Shown piece after piece: positions 47,094 to 55,483 of a DNA stretch of 64,000 nt (its first letter is position 1; the number at the start of each line of letters is the position of its first letter). Below the pieces are notes generated by a model, which was not told the origin of the DNA, searched no databases, and worked only from the letters and a program-made list of their open reading frames with translations. Made by a program: the position numbers and the translations under genes. The stretch covers positions 2,941 to 66,940 of the forward strand of contig DASRGI010000190.1 in NCBI GenBank assembly GCA_035651095.1, in the 5' to 3' direction. Source of the DNA: Acidimicrobiales bacterium (lineage in GTDB: Bacteria; Actinomycetota; Acidimicrobiia; Acidimicrobiales; JAUTXP01).

Positions 47094-49363
47094 TCGGCCA
47101 TCCGGTTGGCCACGGCGGCCACGACCTCGTTCTTGGGCATGGCCGGGGCGAAGAGGAAGCCCTGTCCCAACGTGCAGCCGTGGGCCTGGAGCACGCGCAG
47201 CTGGTGGGGCCGCTCGATGCCCTCGGCCACCGTCGTGATGCCGAGGGCCCGGGCCAGGTCGATGATGGCCTTCACCAGTTGCAGGCCGGCCTCGTCGTCG
47301 ATCGCGTCCACGAAGCTGCGGTCGATCTTGATCTCGTCGAGCGGGAAGTCGCGCACGTAGGACAGCGCCGAGTACCCGGTGCCGAAGTCATCCAGGGCCA
47401 CGCGCACGCCCAGGGCCTTGAGGGCGGTCAACTGGGTGATGGCCTTGTCCCGCCCCCGCAGCGCGCTCTCGGTGATCTCGAGGGTGAGCAGGTGGGCCGG
47501 CAGCCCGCTGGTCTCGAGGGCAGCGCGCACCTCGCCCACCAGGTCGCCGTCGAACTGGCGGACCGATACGTTGACGCTCACTGCGTAGTCCCTGCGCAAC
47601 GTGAGTCGCCACGCGGCGGCTTGGCGGCAGGCGTCGGTCAGCACGAATCGGCCGATCTCGGCGATGAGCCCGCTCTCCTCGGCTACGGGGATGAAGCGGG
47701 CCGGGGGGATGGCGCCGGCCGTGGGGTGGTTCCACCGGGCCAGGGCCTCGAAACCCACGATCTCTCGGTTGTGGATGGAGACGATGGGTTGGTAGTGGAC
47801 GTCCAAGTCGCCTTGGCGCACGGCCTGGATGAGATCGTTGCGCAGGGCGACCCGCTGCTGCAGGCGCTCTTGCATGACAGGGACGAACAGCTCGATGCGG
47901 CCCTTGCCCGCTCCTTTGGCCTGGTACATCGCGATGTCGGCGGCCCGCAGCAGCTCGTGAACAGAGTGGGGCTCGTCGCCCGGGCCGACGACGGCCACGC
48001 CCACGCTCGTGGTGACCATGAGATGGAACCCGTGCAGGACGAAGGGCCGCTCGAAGGCCGCCAGGATGCGCTGGGCGGCGTCGAGGGCGCCCTCGGGGCC
48101 GCTCACGTCGTCCAGCAGCACGGCGAACTCGTCACCGCCGAGGCGGGCAGGCACGTCCCGCGGGCGCAAGGCCGTCCGCAGCCGGTGGGAGACGGCGCGG
48201 AGCAGGTCGTCGCCGACGTTGTGGCCGAGCGTGTCGTTCACGTTCTTGAAGTCGTCCAGGTCGATGAACACCAGCGCCGCCCTCGTGTCGGGGTTCAGGC
48301 AGGTTCGCTCCACGTACTGCACGAACTCGTCGCGGTTGACCAGACCGGTGAGGGCGTCGTGGCTGGCCCGGTGGATGAGCAACTGCTCGAGCAGCTTGTG
48401 TTCGGTCACGTCCCGGAGGGTGACGAGCACTGCCCCTTCGGGCCCCCCGGCATAGGACGGGTTGGCGATGGCCTCGATCGTGCGCCGGCGGCCGTGGGTG
48501 TCGGTGCTGCGCCACTCGGCGTGCTCCAGGTCGTTGGCCGTCCGGGCGTCATCGACCACGGACGCCGCTCCCCGCGCGCTGGACACTCCGAGGCTCCCCA
48601 GCCGACGACCGACGAGATCGTTCTCGTTCAGGCCCACCAGGGCCGCCGCCGACGGCGAGGCGAAGGTGACGCGGTTGTCGGGCCCGGTGACCATGATGCC
48701 GTCGGCCGCGTTCTGGACCAGGGCCCGGAACCGCAACTCGCTCTCGGCCATGACCGTGGCCCGCTCGTGCGAGGCCACGGCGTGCAGGCGGTGCCGGTTG
48801 GCCCGCAGGACGATGAAGGTGATCAGGCCCCCGGCACTCATCATGGCCAGGAGGGAGCCGACCCGCAGCCACCACACCGCCCGTTCGGCGGAGCGGGTCG
48901 CCTGGTTGCTGGTCTCCTTGAGGACGTCATGGAGCTGGTCGAAGGCGGGGTCCACCCGCTCCTCGTCGACCTTGATGGCAGCGCCGAGGTCACCCTGGCG
49001 CAGGAGCTTGAACTCCTCGGTCACCCCGTCCCGGTATTCACGGAAGGGCGCGGCGGCGTTTTCGTACCAGCGCGACCGGGTCGAGACCTGGGCGAGGAGG
49101 TCGTCGGCGCGGGCCAGATCGGACGTCATCTTCATCTCGATCTCAGGGGTGACGGTCCCCACGGCCCGAGCCCGCCACTCGTCGGCGTCTATGGCCTCGG
49201 CCACGGCCTGCAGCCTGGCGGCGCGCAGGGCGGCCTTGTGGTGCTCCTCAGCCGTGCTGGTCAGGCCCAGCACCGACCAACCGGCGACAGCCACAACGGC
49301 CACGACCAGCACTGGAGCTACCCACAAGCCGTGTCGCCCGCTTCTCCGCCAGTCTCCACGCAT
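47060..49363 (-). CDS. Membrane sensor with PAS, GGDEF and EAL domains (c-di-GMP turnover)
   Basis: Two TM helices flank a helical extracytoplasmic domain. PAS region (RFRALVQNAADGIMV), GGDEF motif RLGGDEFAV, and EAL motifs (EALARW, DDFGTGYS). The start was chosen at ATG 49363; the ORF track extends to 49447. Confidence 0.9.
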   Translation of the reverse strand: MRGDWRRSGRHGLWVAPVLVVAVVAVAGWSVLGLTSTAEEHHKAALRAARLQAVAEAIDADEWRARAVGTVTPEIEMKMTSDLARADDLLAQVSTRSRWYENAAAPFREYRDGVTEEFKLLRQGDLGAAIKVDEERVDPAFDQLHDVLKETSNQATRSAERAVWWLRVGSLLAMMSAGGLITFIVLRANRHRLHAVASHERATVMAESELRFRALVQNAADGIMVTGPDNRVTFASPSAAALVGLNENDLVGRRLGSLGVSSARGAASVVDDARTANDLEHAEWRSTDTHGRRRTIEAIANPSYAGGPEGAVLVTLRDVTEHKLLEQLLIHRASHDALTGLVNRDEFVQYVERTCLNPDTRAALVFIDLDDFKNVNDTLGHNVGDDLLRAVSHRLRTALRPRDVPARLGGDEFAVLLDDVSGPEGALDAAQRILAAFERPFVLHGFHLMVTTSVGVAVVGPGDEPHSVHELLRAADIAMYQAKGAGKGRIELFVPVMQERLQQRVALRNDLIQAVRQGDLDVHYQPIVSIHNREIVGFEALARWNHPTAGAIPPARFIPVAEESGLIAEIGRFVLTDACRQAAAWRLTLRRDYAVSVNVSVRQFDGDLVGEVRAALETSGLPAHLLTLEITESALRGRDKAITQLTALKALGVRVALDDFGTGYSALSYVRDFPLDEIKIDRSFVDAIDDEAGLQLVKAIIDLARALGITTVAEGIERPHQLRVLQAHGCTLGQGFLFAPAMPKNEVVAAVANRMADQALATSDAQA

Positions 49364-49482
49364 ACCGGTCCCAGTCGCTGGTCTCCCAGGAATTTCATCG
49401 TCGTGCCTGACAGTCGACTTGACGACCAAAATTCGCACTTTGGACACTTTGGTGTGCAGCGGTCGGTAGCGCCCCGGTCGTC

Positions 49483-49821
49483 GTGTGCGGGGGAATGCCG
49501 TCGTACACTTTTCCGAGTATGCGCAGGACAGGAGGCGTCCGCGGCGCGACAGGTCTTTTCCCCGGAGATCACGTCCGCCGGACGTACGCCGAAGACGACG
49601 AGCACTGCCAGGCGCTGGACGCCTCCTTCGCCGACGGGATCACTGCCGGCGAGAAGCTGCTGTCCTTGGGGCCCGCCGGCGCCGTGGCCGGGGAGGTCGA
49701 TGTCACCCAGAGCGAGCTGGTGGAGACGCTTCGACGCGCATTGTTGGAGGCGTCACCGACGTTCCGGAACGTGTGGTCGCTCCTCGGGCATGGCGACCGG
49801 GCATTGGTGGCGTCGAGCTGA
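49483..49821 (+). CDS. Small ORF carrying a MEDS-domain-like N-terminal segment; possibly a truncated paralog
   Basis: PGDHVRRTYAEDDEHCQALDASFADGITAGEKLL resembles the MEDS N-terminus, and resembles the start of the next gene. Its stop overlaps the next ATG. Confidence 0.35.
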   Translation: MCGGMPSYTFPSMRRTGGVRGATGLFPGDHVRRTYAEDDEHCQALDASFADGITAGEKLLSLGPAGAVAGEVDVTQSELVETLRRALLEASPTFRNVWSLLGHGDRALVASS

Positions 49822-50750
49822 TGCATACGACGACGGGATTTCGTCACGAGGCGTTGCTCTACGCCGGGATGGACGGGTTCCTGGACGCCACGCTGCCCTT
49901 CATCGAGGAAGCCGTGGCCGCGGGCGAGCCCACCCTCGTCGTGGTGAACGAGGAGAAGATCGAACTGCTGCGCTCCCACCTCGGCCGCGACAGCGGCGCC
50001 GTGTGCTTCCTCGACATGGCCTGGGTGGGCCGCAACCCGGCGTGCATCATCCCCGCCTGGGGCGACTTCCTGGCCGAGCACGCGACCAGTGGCCGTCACA
50101 TGCGGGGCATCGGCGAGCCCGTGTGGGCGGGTCGCGACGAGGCCGAGCTGGCCGAGTGCCAGCGACACGAGTCGTTGTTGAACGTGGCTTTCGGGGAGGG
50201 CCCAGCCTGGTGGTTGCTGTGCCCGTACGATGTCGACACCCTCCCTGCCGATGTCGTCCGCGCCGCCGAGCGCTCCCATCCGTTCGTGGTCGAGGGCGAG
50301 CAGCGACGGGCCAGCGCCGCCCACGCGGCGACGAAGGCCGACGATCCCTTTGCCGGGACCCTGCCCGAGCCGGTCGTCCCGGTGGCGGAGCGGCCGTTCG
50401 CCAGGGGCCCGCTCAACGCGTTGCGCCGCTTCGTGGTCGACCAGGCCGTGGCCGCCGGCCTCGACCGGGTCCGCACCGACGACCTGGTGCTGGCCGTCAC
50501 CGAGGCGGCGTCCAACAGCCTGCGCCACGGCGGTGGGCAGGGCACCCTGCGGGTGTGGTGGGACGACCGCGCCCTGGTCTGCGAGATCCGCGACCACGGT
50601 CGCATCACCCACCCGCTCGCCGGCCGGGAGCGGCCATCCGATGAGCGGGTCGGGGGGCGGGGCCTGTGGCTTGTCAACCATTTGTGCGATTTGGTCCAGG
50701 TTCGTTCCTCGGCATTGGGGACGATCTTGCGCTTGCACATGCGGCTTTGA
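49821..50750 (+). CDS. MEDS domain fused to an anti-sigma-factor-type Ser kinase (HATPase, RsbW-like)
   Basis: The N-terminus is FRHEALLYAGMDGFLDATLPFIEEAVAAGEPTLVV. The C-terminus is AVTEAASNSLRHGGG...GGRGLWLVNHLCD. Confidence 0.75.
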   Translation: MHTTTGFRHEALLYAGMDGFLDATLPFIEEAVAAGEPTLVVVNEEKIELLRSHLGRDSGAVCFLDMAWVGRNPACIIPAWGDFLAEHATSGRHMRGIGEPVWAGRDEAELAECQRHESLLNVAFGEGPAWWLLCPYDVDTLPADVVRAAERSHPFVVEGEQRRASAAHAATKADDPFAGTLPEPVVPVAERPFARGPLNALRRFVVDQAVAAGLDRVRTDDLVLAVTEAASNSLRHGGGQGTLRVWWDDRALVCEIRDHGRITHPLAGRERPSDERVGGRGLWLVNHLCDLVQVRSSALGTILRLHMRL

Positions 50751-50785
50751 TCGGTACCCTCACTTTCCAACGGGGAGGTACCGGG

Positions 50786-51064
50786 GTGGACGGAGCGAGG
50801 GACCAGCTGGCGACCGCGATTCGGGCCGCCGCGGGTGAGGCGGAGGCGTGGGAGCGGGCTGAGCTGCATCTCCTGGAGCAGGGCCTCCGGGAGCGCTTGG
50901 CCATCCTGCAGGTCGAACCCACGCCGGAGGTGGCCGCCGCGCTGATGGCGGTGGCGTGCTACTTCGGCGAACACACCCCCGAGTGGGGCGGCGACACCCG
51001 CACCACGCTGTGCGAGATCGCCCGGTTGGGCCTACGCCTCCTGGAGGGCGACGACCCCACCTGA
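50786..51064 (+). CDS. Small hypothetical helical protein
   Basis: GTG start with RBS GGGGAGG inside ORF 50666..51064. No recognisable motif. Confidence 0.35.
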   Translation: MDGARDQLATAIRAAAGEAEAWERAELHLLEQGLRERLAILQVEPTPEVAAALMAVACYFGEHTPEWGGDTRTTLCEIARLGLRLLEGDDPT

Positions 51065-51099
51065 GCCGTTTGGCCAACGCGCCGGTGGTTGGGGCGGGG

Positions 51100-51672
51100 C
51101 TACTGCTGGCGGACGGCCTCGGCTGCCAGCTCGATCTTGACCTGCTTGCCCACCAGCCAGCCGCCCGCCTCCAGGGCCTGGTTCCACGTGAGGCCCCAGT
51201 CCTCGCGGTTGACCTCGGTCTCGGCCGAGAACGCGATGCGGACGTTGTCCCATGGGTCGGTGGTCCCGCCCTCGAACACCACCTCGAGGGTGACGGCCCG
51301 GGTCGTCCCCCTGATGGTGAGCTCGCCTTCGAGGAGCCAGTCGTCCTTGTCCCGGGTGAGCTGGCGGGACCGGAAGTCGATGGTCGGGTGGTGCTCGACG
51401 TCGAGGAAGTCGGCGCTGCGCAGATGGGCGTCGCGATCGGCGTTGCCGGTGTCGATGGACGAGGCGTCGATGGTCACCCGGGTGGACGACTCGAACGGAT
51501 CCTCACCGATCTCGATGACGCCCTGGAACTCGGTGAACCGCCCGCGCACCTTGGCCAGGCCCAGGTGGCGGACGACGAACTCGACGGCGGAGTGGGCCGG
51601 ATCGATCACGTAGGTCCCGGCTTCGGGAACGGTCAGACCGCCGATGGTACGGACGGCGACTGCGGTGGCCAT
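51100..51672 (-). CDS. YceI-family protein
   Basis: 190 aa from the internal ATG. Contains YVIDPAHSAVEFVVRHLGLAKVRGRF...NADRDAHLRSADFLDVE. Confidence 0.85.
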   Translation of the reverse strand: MATAVAVRTIGGLTVPEAGTYVIDPAHSAVEFVVRHLGLAKVRGRFTEFQGVIEIGEDPFESSTRVTIDASSIDTGNADRDAHLRSADFLDVEHHPTIDFRSRQLTRDKDDWLLEGELTIRGTTRAVTLEVVFEGGTTDPWDNVRIAFSAETEVNREDWGLTWNQALEAGGWLVGKQVKIELAAEAVRQQ

Positions 51673-51760
51673 GAGCTGCCTCCTCTGCTCGCTTCCCCCG
51701 GCTCCATCCCTACCCGGGGCGGTTCGGAGGCCACACGCGCGGCTGGTACCGTCGCTCGGG

Positions 51761-52513
51761 ATGGTGCTCCTGGTGTTCGGGGAAGGCGTTGCCATCGCCC
51801 TCCTCGCCGTGCTGGTGGCGGGGCTGCTTCGCAGCCACGCCCAGATCCTTGCCCAACTGCATACGTTGACCGCGGCGCCCTCGCCGGGGTCCACCCCTGT
51901 GGCGAGCCCGGCCGCCATCTCGCCGCGCGCGGTGGTGGACGGCGGCACCGTGGTGGACCTGGTCGGCGTCACCCCGGCCGACGAGACGCTGAACATCGCC
52001 GTGCGCACGCCTCGCGTCGACACCCTGCTCGCCTTCCTGAGCACCGGCTGCACCACCTGCTCGGCGTTGTGGACCGGCCTCCAAGAGGGCGAGGGGCCGG
52101 AGCTGCCGGACCGCACCCGGCTGGTGGTCGTCACCCTCGGCCCGGGTGACGAGAGCCCGGCCCGCTTGCGCCGGCTGCAGCCCGACGGCGTGCCCGTCGT
52201 GATGTCGAGCGAGGCCTGGCAGGACTACAAGGTCCCGGGCTCGCCCTACTTCATCTGGGTGGACGGGACGAACGGCCGGGTGCGGGGCGAGGGTTCGGCC
52301 CGCAGCTGGCCCGAGGTGGTCTCGCTCATCGGCGACGCCACCGCTGATGCCGCCGGCGACACGGACGGTCGCACGCGAGAAGCGCGGGTCGACGCCGAGC
52401 TGGCCGCCGCCGGCATCTTCCCCGGCGACCCTCGACTGCACCCCCAGCCGTCCCTGCAGCACCAAACAACCCCTCAGCACCAAACAACCCCTCAGCACCA
52501 ACCAACAGAGTGA
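51761..52513 (+). CDS. Membrane-anchored thioredoxin-fold protein with a CxxC motif (TlpA/MauD-like)
   Basis: N-terminal TM helix, FLSTGCTTCSALW (CTTC motif), and a C-terminal low-complexity tail QHQTTPQHQTTPQHQ. Confidence 0.65.
   Translation: MVLLVFGEGVAIALLAVLVAGLLRSHAQILAQLHTLTAAPSPGSTPVASPAAISPRAVVDGGTVVDLVGVTPADETLNIAVRTPRVDTLLAFLSTGCTTCSALWTGLQEGEGPELPDRTRLVVVTLGPGDESPARLRRLQPDGVPVVMSSEAWQDYKVPGSPYFIWVDGTNGRVRGEGSARSWPEVVSLIGDATADAAGDTDGRTREARVDAELAAAGIFPGDPRLHPQPSLQHQTTPQHQTTPQHQPTE
52457..52503. repeat. 18-bp tandem repeat CAGCACCAAACAACCCCT, about 2.6 copies
   Basis: Read directly. It is in frame within the 3' tail of the thioredoxin-fold gene. Confidence 0.9.
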
Positions 52514-52584
52514 CGGTCGCCCTTGGCATCGTCGCCGCCCTCGTCGCGGCGATCCGTTCGGCCTGGTCGCCCTGAGGAGAGTCG

Positions 52585-53169
52585 ATGCTGGCCAGCATCC
52601 ACCCGCTCGGTGAGCGGGCACGAGACAACCGGTGGAGTGTCACGGTGGCGGCCTTCGTCGCCGGGTCGGTCGCGGGCGGGGTGGTGCTGGGCGCCGCCCT
52701 GGGCGCGCTGGGCCAGGTGGCCGGCGTGGGCGGCCGCACCGCGTTGGTCGCCGCCGCGGCCGTCACCGCCGTGGCCGCGGCCGCCGACCTGGCCCGCCGG
52801 GACCGGCTTTGGCCGACCGTCCGGCGCCAGGTCGACGACGAGTGGATGACCGAGTACCGGGGCTGGATCTACGGCGTGGGCTTCGGGTTCCAGCTCGGCC
52901 TCGGCCTGGTGACCATCGTGACCTCGGCGGCCGTGCACGCCGTGGTGGTGCTGGCCTTCCTCACCGGTTCGACGGTCCCCGGTGCCGTGGTGGGCGCGGT
53001 GTTCGGGTTGGCCCGGGCGTTGCCGGTGCTGGCCCTTCGTGGCATCGACGGACCCGACCGCCTCTGGCAGTTCCACCGCCGGTTCCAGGCCCTCGCCGTG
53101 CCCGTGCGCCGCTGGGGCGCGGGCGTGCTGTTGGCCGCCGCGGCCGTGGGCATGGCGGTGGGGAGATGA
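52585..53169 (+). CDS. Integral membrane protein (about 4-5 TM), function unknown
   Basis: 194 aa and highly hydrophobic, with no Cys. The stop overlaps the next start. Confidence 0.6.
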   Translation: MLASIHPLGERARDNRWSVTVAAFVAGSVAGGVVLGAALGALGQVAGVGGRTALVAAAAVTAVAAAADLARRDRLWPTVRRQVDDEWMTEYRGWIYGVGFGFQLGLGLVTIVTSAAVHAVVVLAFLTGSTVPGAVVGAVFGLARALPVLALRGIDGPDRLWQFHRRFQALAVPVRRWGAGVLLAAAAVGMAVGR

Positions 53170-53618
53170 CGACGATCGCCCGGTGGGGCCTGGCCGCCAA
53201 GCTGCCGTTGGGGTGGGAGGCCCGCATCTTCAAGCGAGCGCCGGAAGCGGCCGCCGAGTCCACCAACCCCGTCCTGCACGCGGCCAGCTTCGCCCTGCCC
53301 GCCGACCGGGGCGACTTCGGCAGCGGGGCCGTCGACCTCATGGGCCCGGACGACGTGTTCGTGACGGTGATCGAGTACGACCGCTCTGCCGCCGGCACCG
53401 CCCTCTTCGCCCGCCAGGGCTTGCCCCGGTCGGTCGACCGCAGCCAGTTCAGCCCCACCACCTTGCAGCGCATGATCCCGGGCCAGGCAGGCGCGCAGCT
53501 CTTCTTCTCCGACCGGGGCCGGGCCTTCTGCCTCTACGTGGTGCTCGGCTCGTGGGCTCGGGCCGACGCCCTGATCCCCAAGGCCAACGCCCTCATCGCC
53601 GGCCTCATGATCGAGTGA
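53166..53618 (+). CDS. Hypothetical soluble protein
   Basis: 150 aa from the internal ATG of ORF 52632..53618, coupled to both neighbours. No motif recognised. Confidence 0.5.
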   Translation: MTTIARWGLAAKLPLGWEARIFKRAPEAAAESTNPVLHAASFALPADRGDFGSGAVDLMGPDDVFVTVIEYDRSAAGTALFARQGLPRSVDRSQFSPTTLQRMIPGQAGAQLFFSDRGRAFCLYVVLGSWARADALIPKANALIAGLMIE

Positions 53619-53629
53619 TCGAGCATCCA

Positions 53630-54151
53630 ATGAACATTCCCTTCTGGTACGGGCCGTTCGCGGCGGCGGCGGCTCTCCTCGTGGCCGCCGGCGGGGCCAA
53701 GATCTGGCGCCCGGGCACCACCACCAAGGCGTTGCGCCAGGCCGGGCTGCCCGCTCGGGACACGGCCGTCCGGGTGGGCGCGGCAGTCGAGGTCGTCGTG
53801 GGCGTCGCCGCCCTGGCGGGCAACACCGCCGGCGCTGCCGCGGTGGCGATGTCGTACCTGTTGTTCGCCGCCTTCGTGGGCCTGGGCCTGCGCAAGGGGT
53901 CGCCCATCAGCACGTGCGGCTGTTTCGGCGAGCCCGACGCCGCCCCCACGGCCATCCACCTCGTGTTCAACCTGGCCGCCGCCCTGGTGGCGGCGTGGGC
54001 CGCGGTCGGGTCGGCGGTGGTGCCGCTCCGACGCGTGCTGGCCCACCAACCGCTGGCCGGGCTGCCCTTCCTCGTGATCACCGGCGTCACCGGCTACCTG
54101 GCCTACCTGGCCATGTCCGTGCTGCCCCGCCTGCGGGGGGTGCGGGCGTGA
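53630..54151 (+). CDS. MauE/DoxX-family membrane protein
   Basis: 173 aa, 4 TM helices, and the motif STCGCFGEPD characteristic of MauE-like proteins. Confidence 0.7.
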   Translation: MNIPFWYGPFAAAAALLVAAGGAKIWRPGTTTKALRQAGLPARDTAVRVGAAVEVVVGVAALAGNTAGAAAVAMSYLLFAAFVGLGLRKGSPISTCGCFGEPDAAPTAIHLVFNLAAALVAAWAAVGSAVVPLRRVLAHQPLAGLPFLVITGVTGYLAYLAMSVLPRLRGVRA

Positions 54152-55410
54152 GCCAACGGCTGGTCGAGTACGTCGCTACTCGCATCGCCTCGCATCCCAG
54201 CAACCGCCGGGACTTCCTGGTGCGCACGGCGGTGGCCGGCTCGGCCCTGGCCACGCGGCCCTGGCGCTACCTGTCCCGCCCGGGCACCGCTTACGAGGTG
54301 GTCACTGCCGCGGCCACCAGCCCCAGCCGGGCCTGCCCGCCCGGCGCCCTGTGCAAGGCCGACGCGTACGCCGAGTTCTGCTGCACCATCAACCGGGGGG
54401 TGAACGCCTGCCCGGCCGGCACCATCGCCGGCGGGTGGTGGAAGGCGGACGGGTCCATCTACTGCAACGGCCCCCGCTACTACATCGACTGCGTGGGCAC
54501 GTGCAGCCGGTGCACGGACGGTTGCAACACGCACTTCTGCCCGGACTGCGACACCGTCGCCGCGTGTGATTGCGCCCTGGGCAACTGCAACAACCGGCGG
54601 GTCGGGTGCCGCACCTTCCGCTACGGCCAGTGCAACCTCGACGTGGCCTGCGTGGGCCGGCTGTCCTGCCGGGTGGTGTCGTGCACGCCGGCGTGGCAGA
54701 TGGACCCGTCGTGCACGACGTCCAGCGCCACCGACAACCGCACGGCCAACCACACCGCGCCCTGCCTCTCGGATTCCGGCAACCCGCCCGTGGTGAGCAT
54801 CGGCGCCGCTCCCGACGGCCAGGGCTACTGGCTGGCGGCGGCCGACGGGGGCGTCTTCGCCTACGGCTCGGCCACCTTCGAGGGCTCGGCCGGCGGGCAG
54901 CAGTTGAACGAGGCCATCGTGGCCATGGCCGTCGACCGGGTGCACTCGGCCTACTGGCTGGTGGCCGGGGACGGCGGGATCTTCGCCTACGGGGCGCCCT
55001 ACCAGGGGTCCCAGGGCGGCCAGCGTCTCAACCAGCCCATCGTGGGCATGGCCTCGACGCCCGACGGCCAGGGTTACTGGCTGGTGGCGGCCGACGGCGG
55101 CATCTTCGCCTTCGGCACGGCCCGCTTCTTCGGCTCCACCGGCAGCATGCGGCTGAACCAGCAGATCGTGGGTATGGCATCGACGCCCGACGGCCGGGGC
55201 TACTGGCTGGTGGCCCTGGACGGCGGCATCTTCGCCTTCGGTACGGCCGGGTTCTTCGGGTCCATGGGCGGCCAGCCGCTGAACCAGCAGATCGTGGGCA
55301 TGGCGGCCACGCCCGACGGCCAGGGCTACTGGCTGGTGGCGTCGGACGGCGGCATCTTCGCCTTCGGGACTGCGGGCTTCTTCGGAAGCCGGCCCGATTC
55401 GCAGGGTTGA
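54148..55410 (+). CDS. Tat-signal protein: a 22-Cys domain resembling the methylamine dehydrogenase light chain, fused to five roughly 40-aa repeats
   Basis: The GTG overlaps the mauE-like stop. Twin-arginine motif SNRRDFLVRTAVAGSALA. The Cys-rich core is CPAGTIAGGWWKADGSIYCNGPRYYIDCVGTC. It is followed by 5 repeats of (GYWLVAxDGGIFAFGxAxFxGSxGGxxLNQxIVGMAxTPDG). Confidence 0.7.
   Translation: MSQRLVEYVATRIASHPSNRRDFLVRTAVAGSALATRPWRYLSRPGTAYEVVTAAATSPSRACPPGALCKADAYAEFCCTINRGVNACPAGTIAGGWWKADGSIYCNGPRYYIDCVGTCSRCTDGCNTHFCPDCDTVAACDCALGNCNNRRVGCRTFRYGQCNLDVACVGRLSCRVVSCTPAWQMDPSCTTSSATDNRTANHTAPCLSDSGNPPVVSIGAAPDGQGYWLAAADGGVFAYGSATFEGSAGGQQLNEAIVAMAVDRVHSAYWLVAGDGGIFAYGAPYQGSQGGQRLNQPIVGMASTPDGQGYWLVAADGGIFAFGTARFFGSTGSMRLNQQIVGMASTPDGRGYWLVALDGGIFAFGTAGFFGSMGGQPLNQQIVGMAATPDGQGYWLVASDGGIFAFGTAGFFGSRPDSQG
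54791..55392 (+). repeat. Five in-frame tandem repeats of about 120 bp; the last three are roughly 85% identical at DNA level
   Basis: Recurring strings CCCGACGGCCAGGGCTACTGGCTGGTGGC and GACGGCGGCATCTTCGCCTTCGG at a 120-bp period. Confidence 0.85.
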
Positions 55411-55483
55411 CAGCGCCCCCCGAACGGGCCATTTGCCCGAGGCTGTCCCTCCACATGGCACACCGTGGGTTCATACTTCGGCC

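Noticed and set aside
46634-50644. 1336-aa plus-strand ORF, the longest in the track
   Set aside because: It runs antisense through the whole GGDEF-EAL gene and out of frame through the MEDS genes. Its composition is Gly/Arg/Pro/Val-dominated and no domain is recognisable.
54791-55392. Periodic ~120-bp repeats as a possible CRISPR array or minisatellite
   Set aside because: The period is exactly 40 codons, in frame within a long ORF, with conserved amino-acid motifs. There are no unique spacers of CRISPR size and no cas genes in the window.
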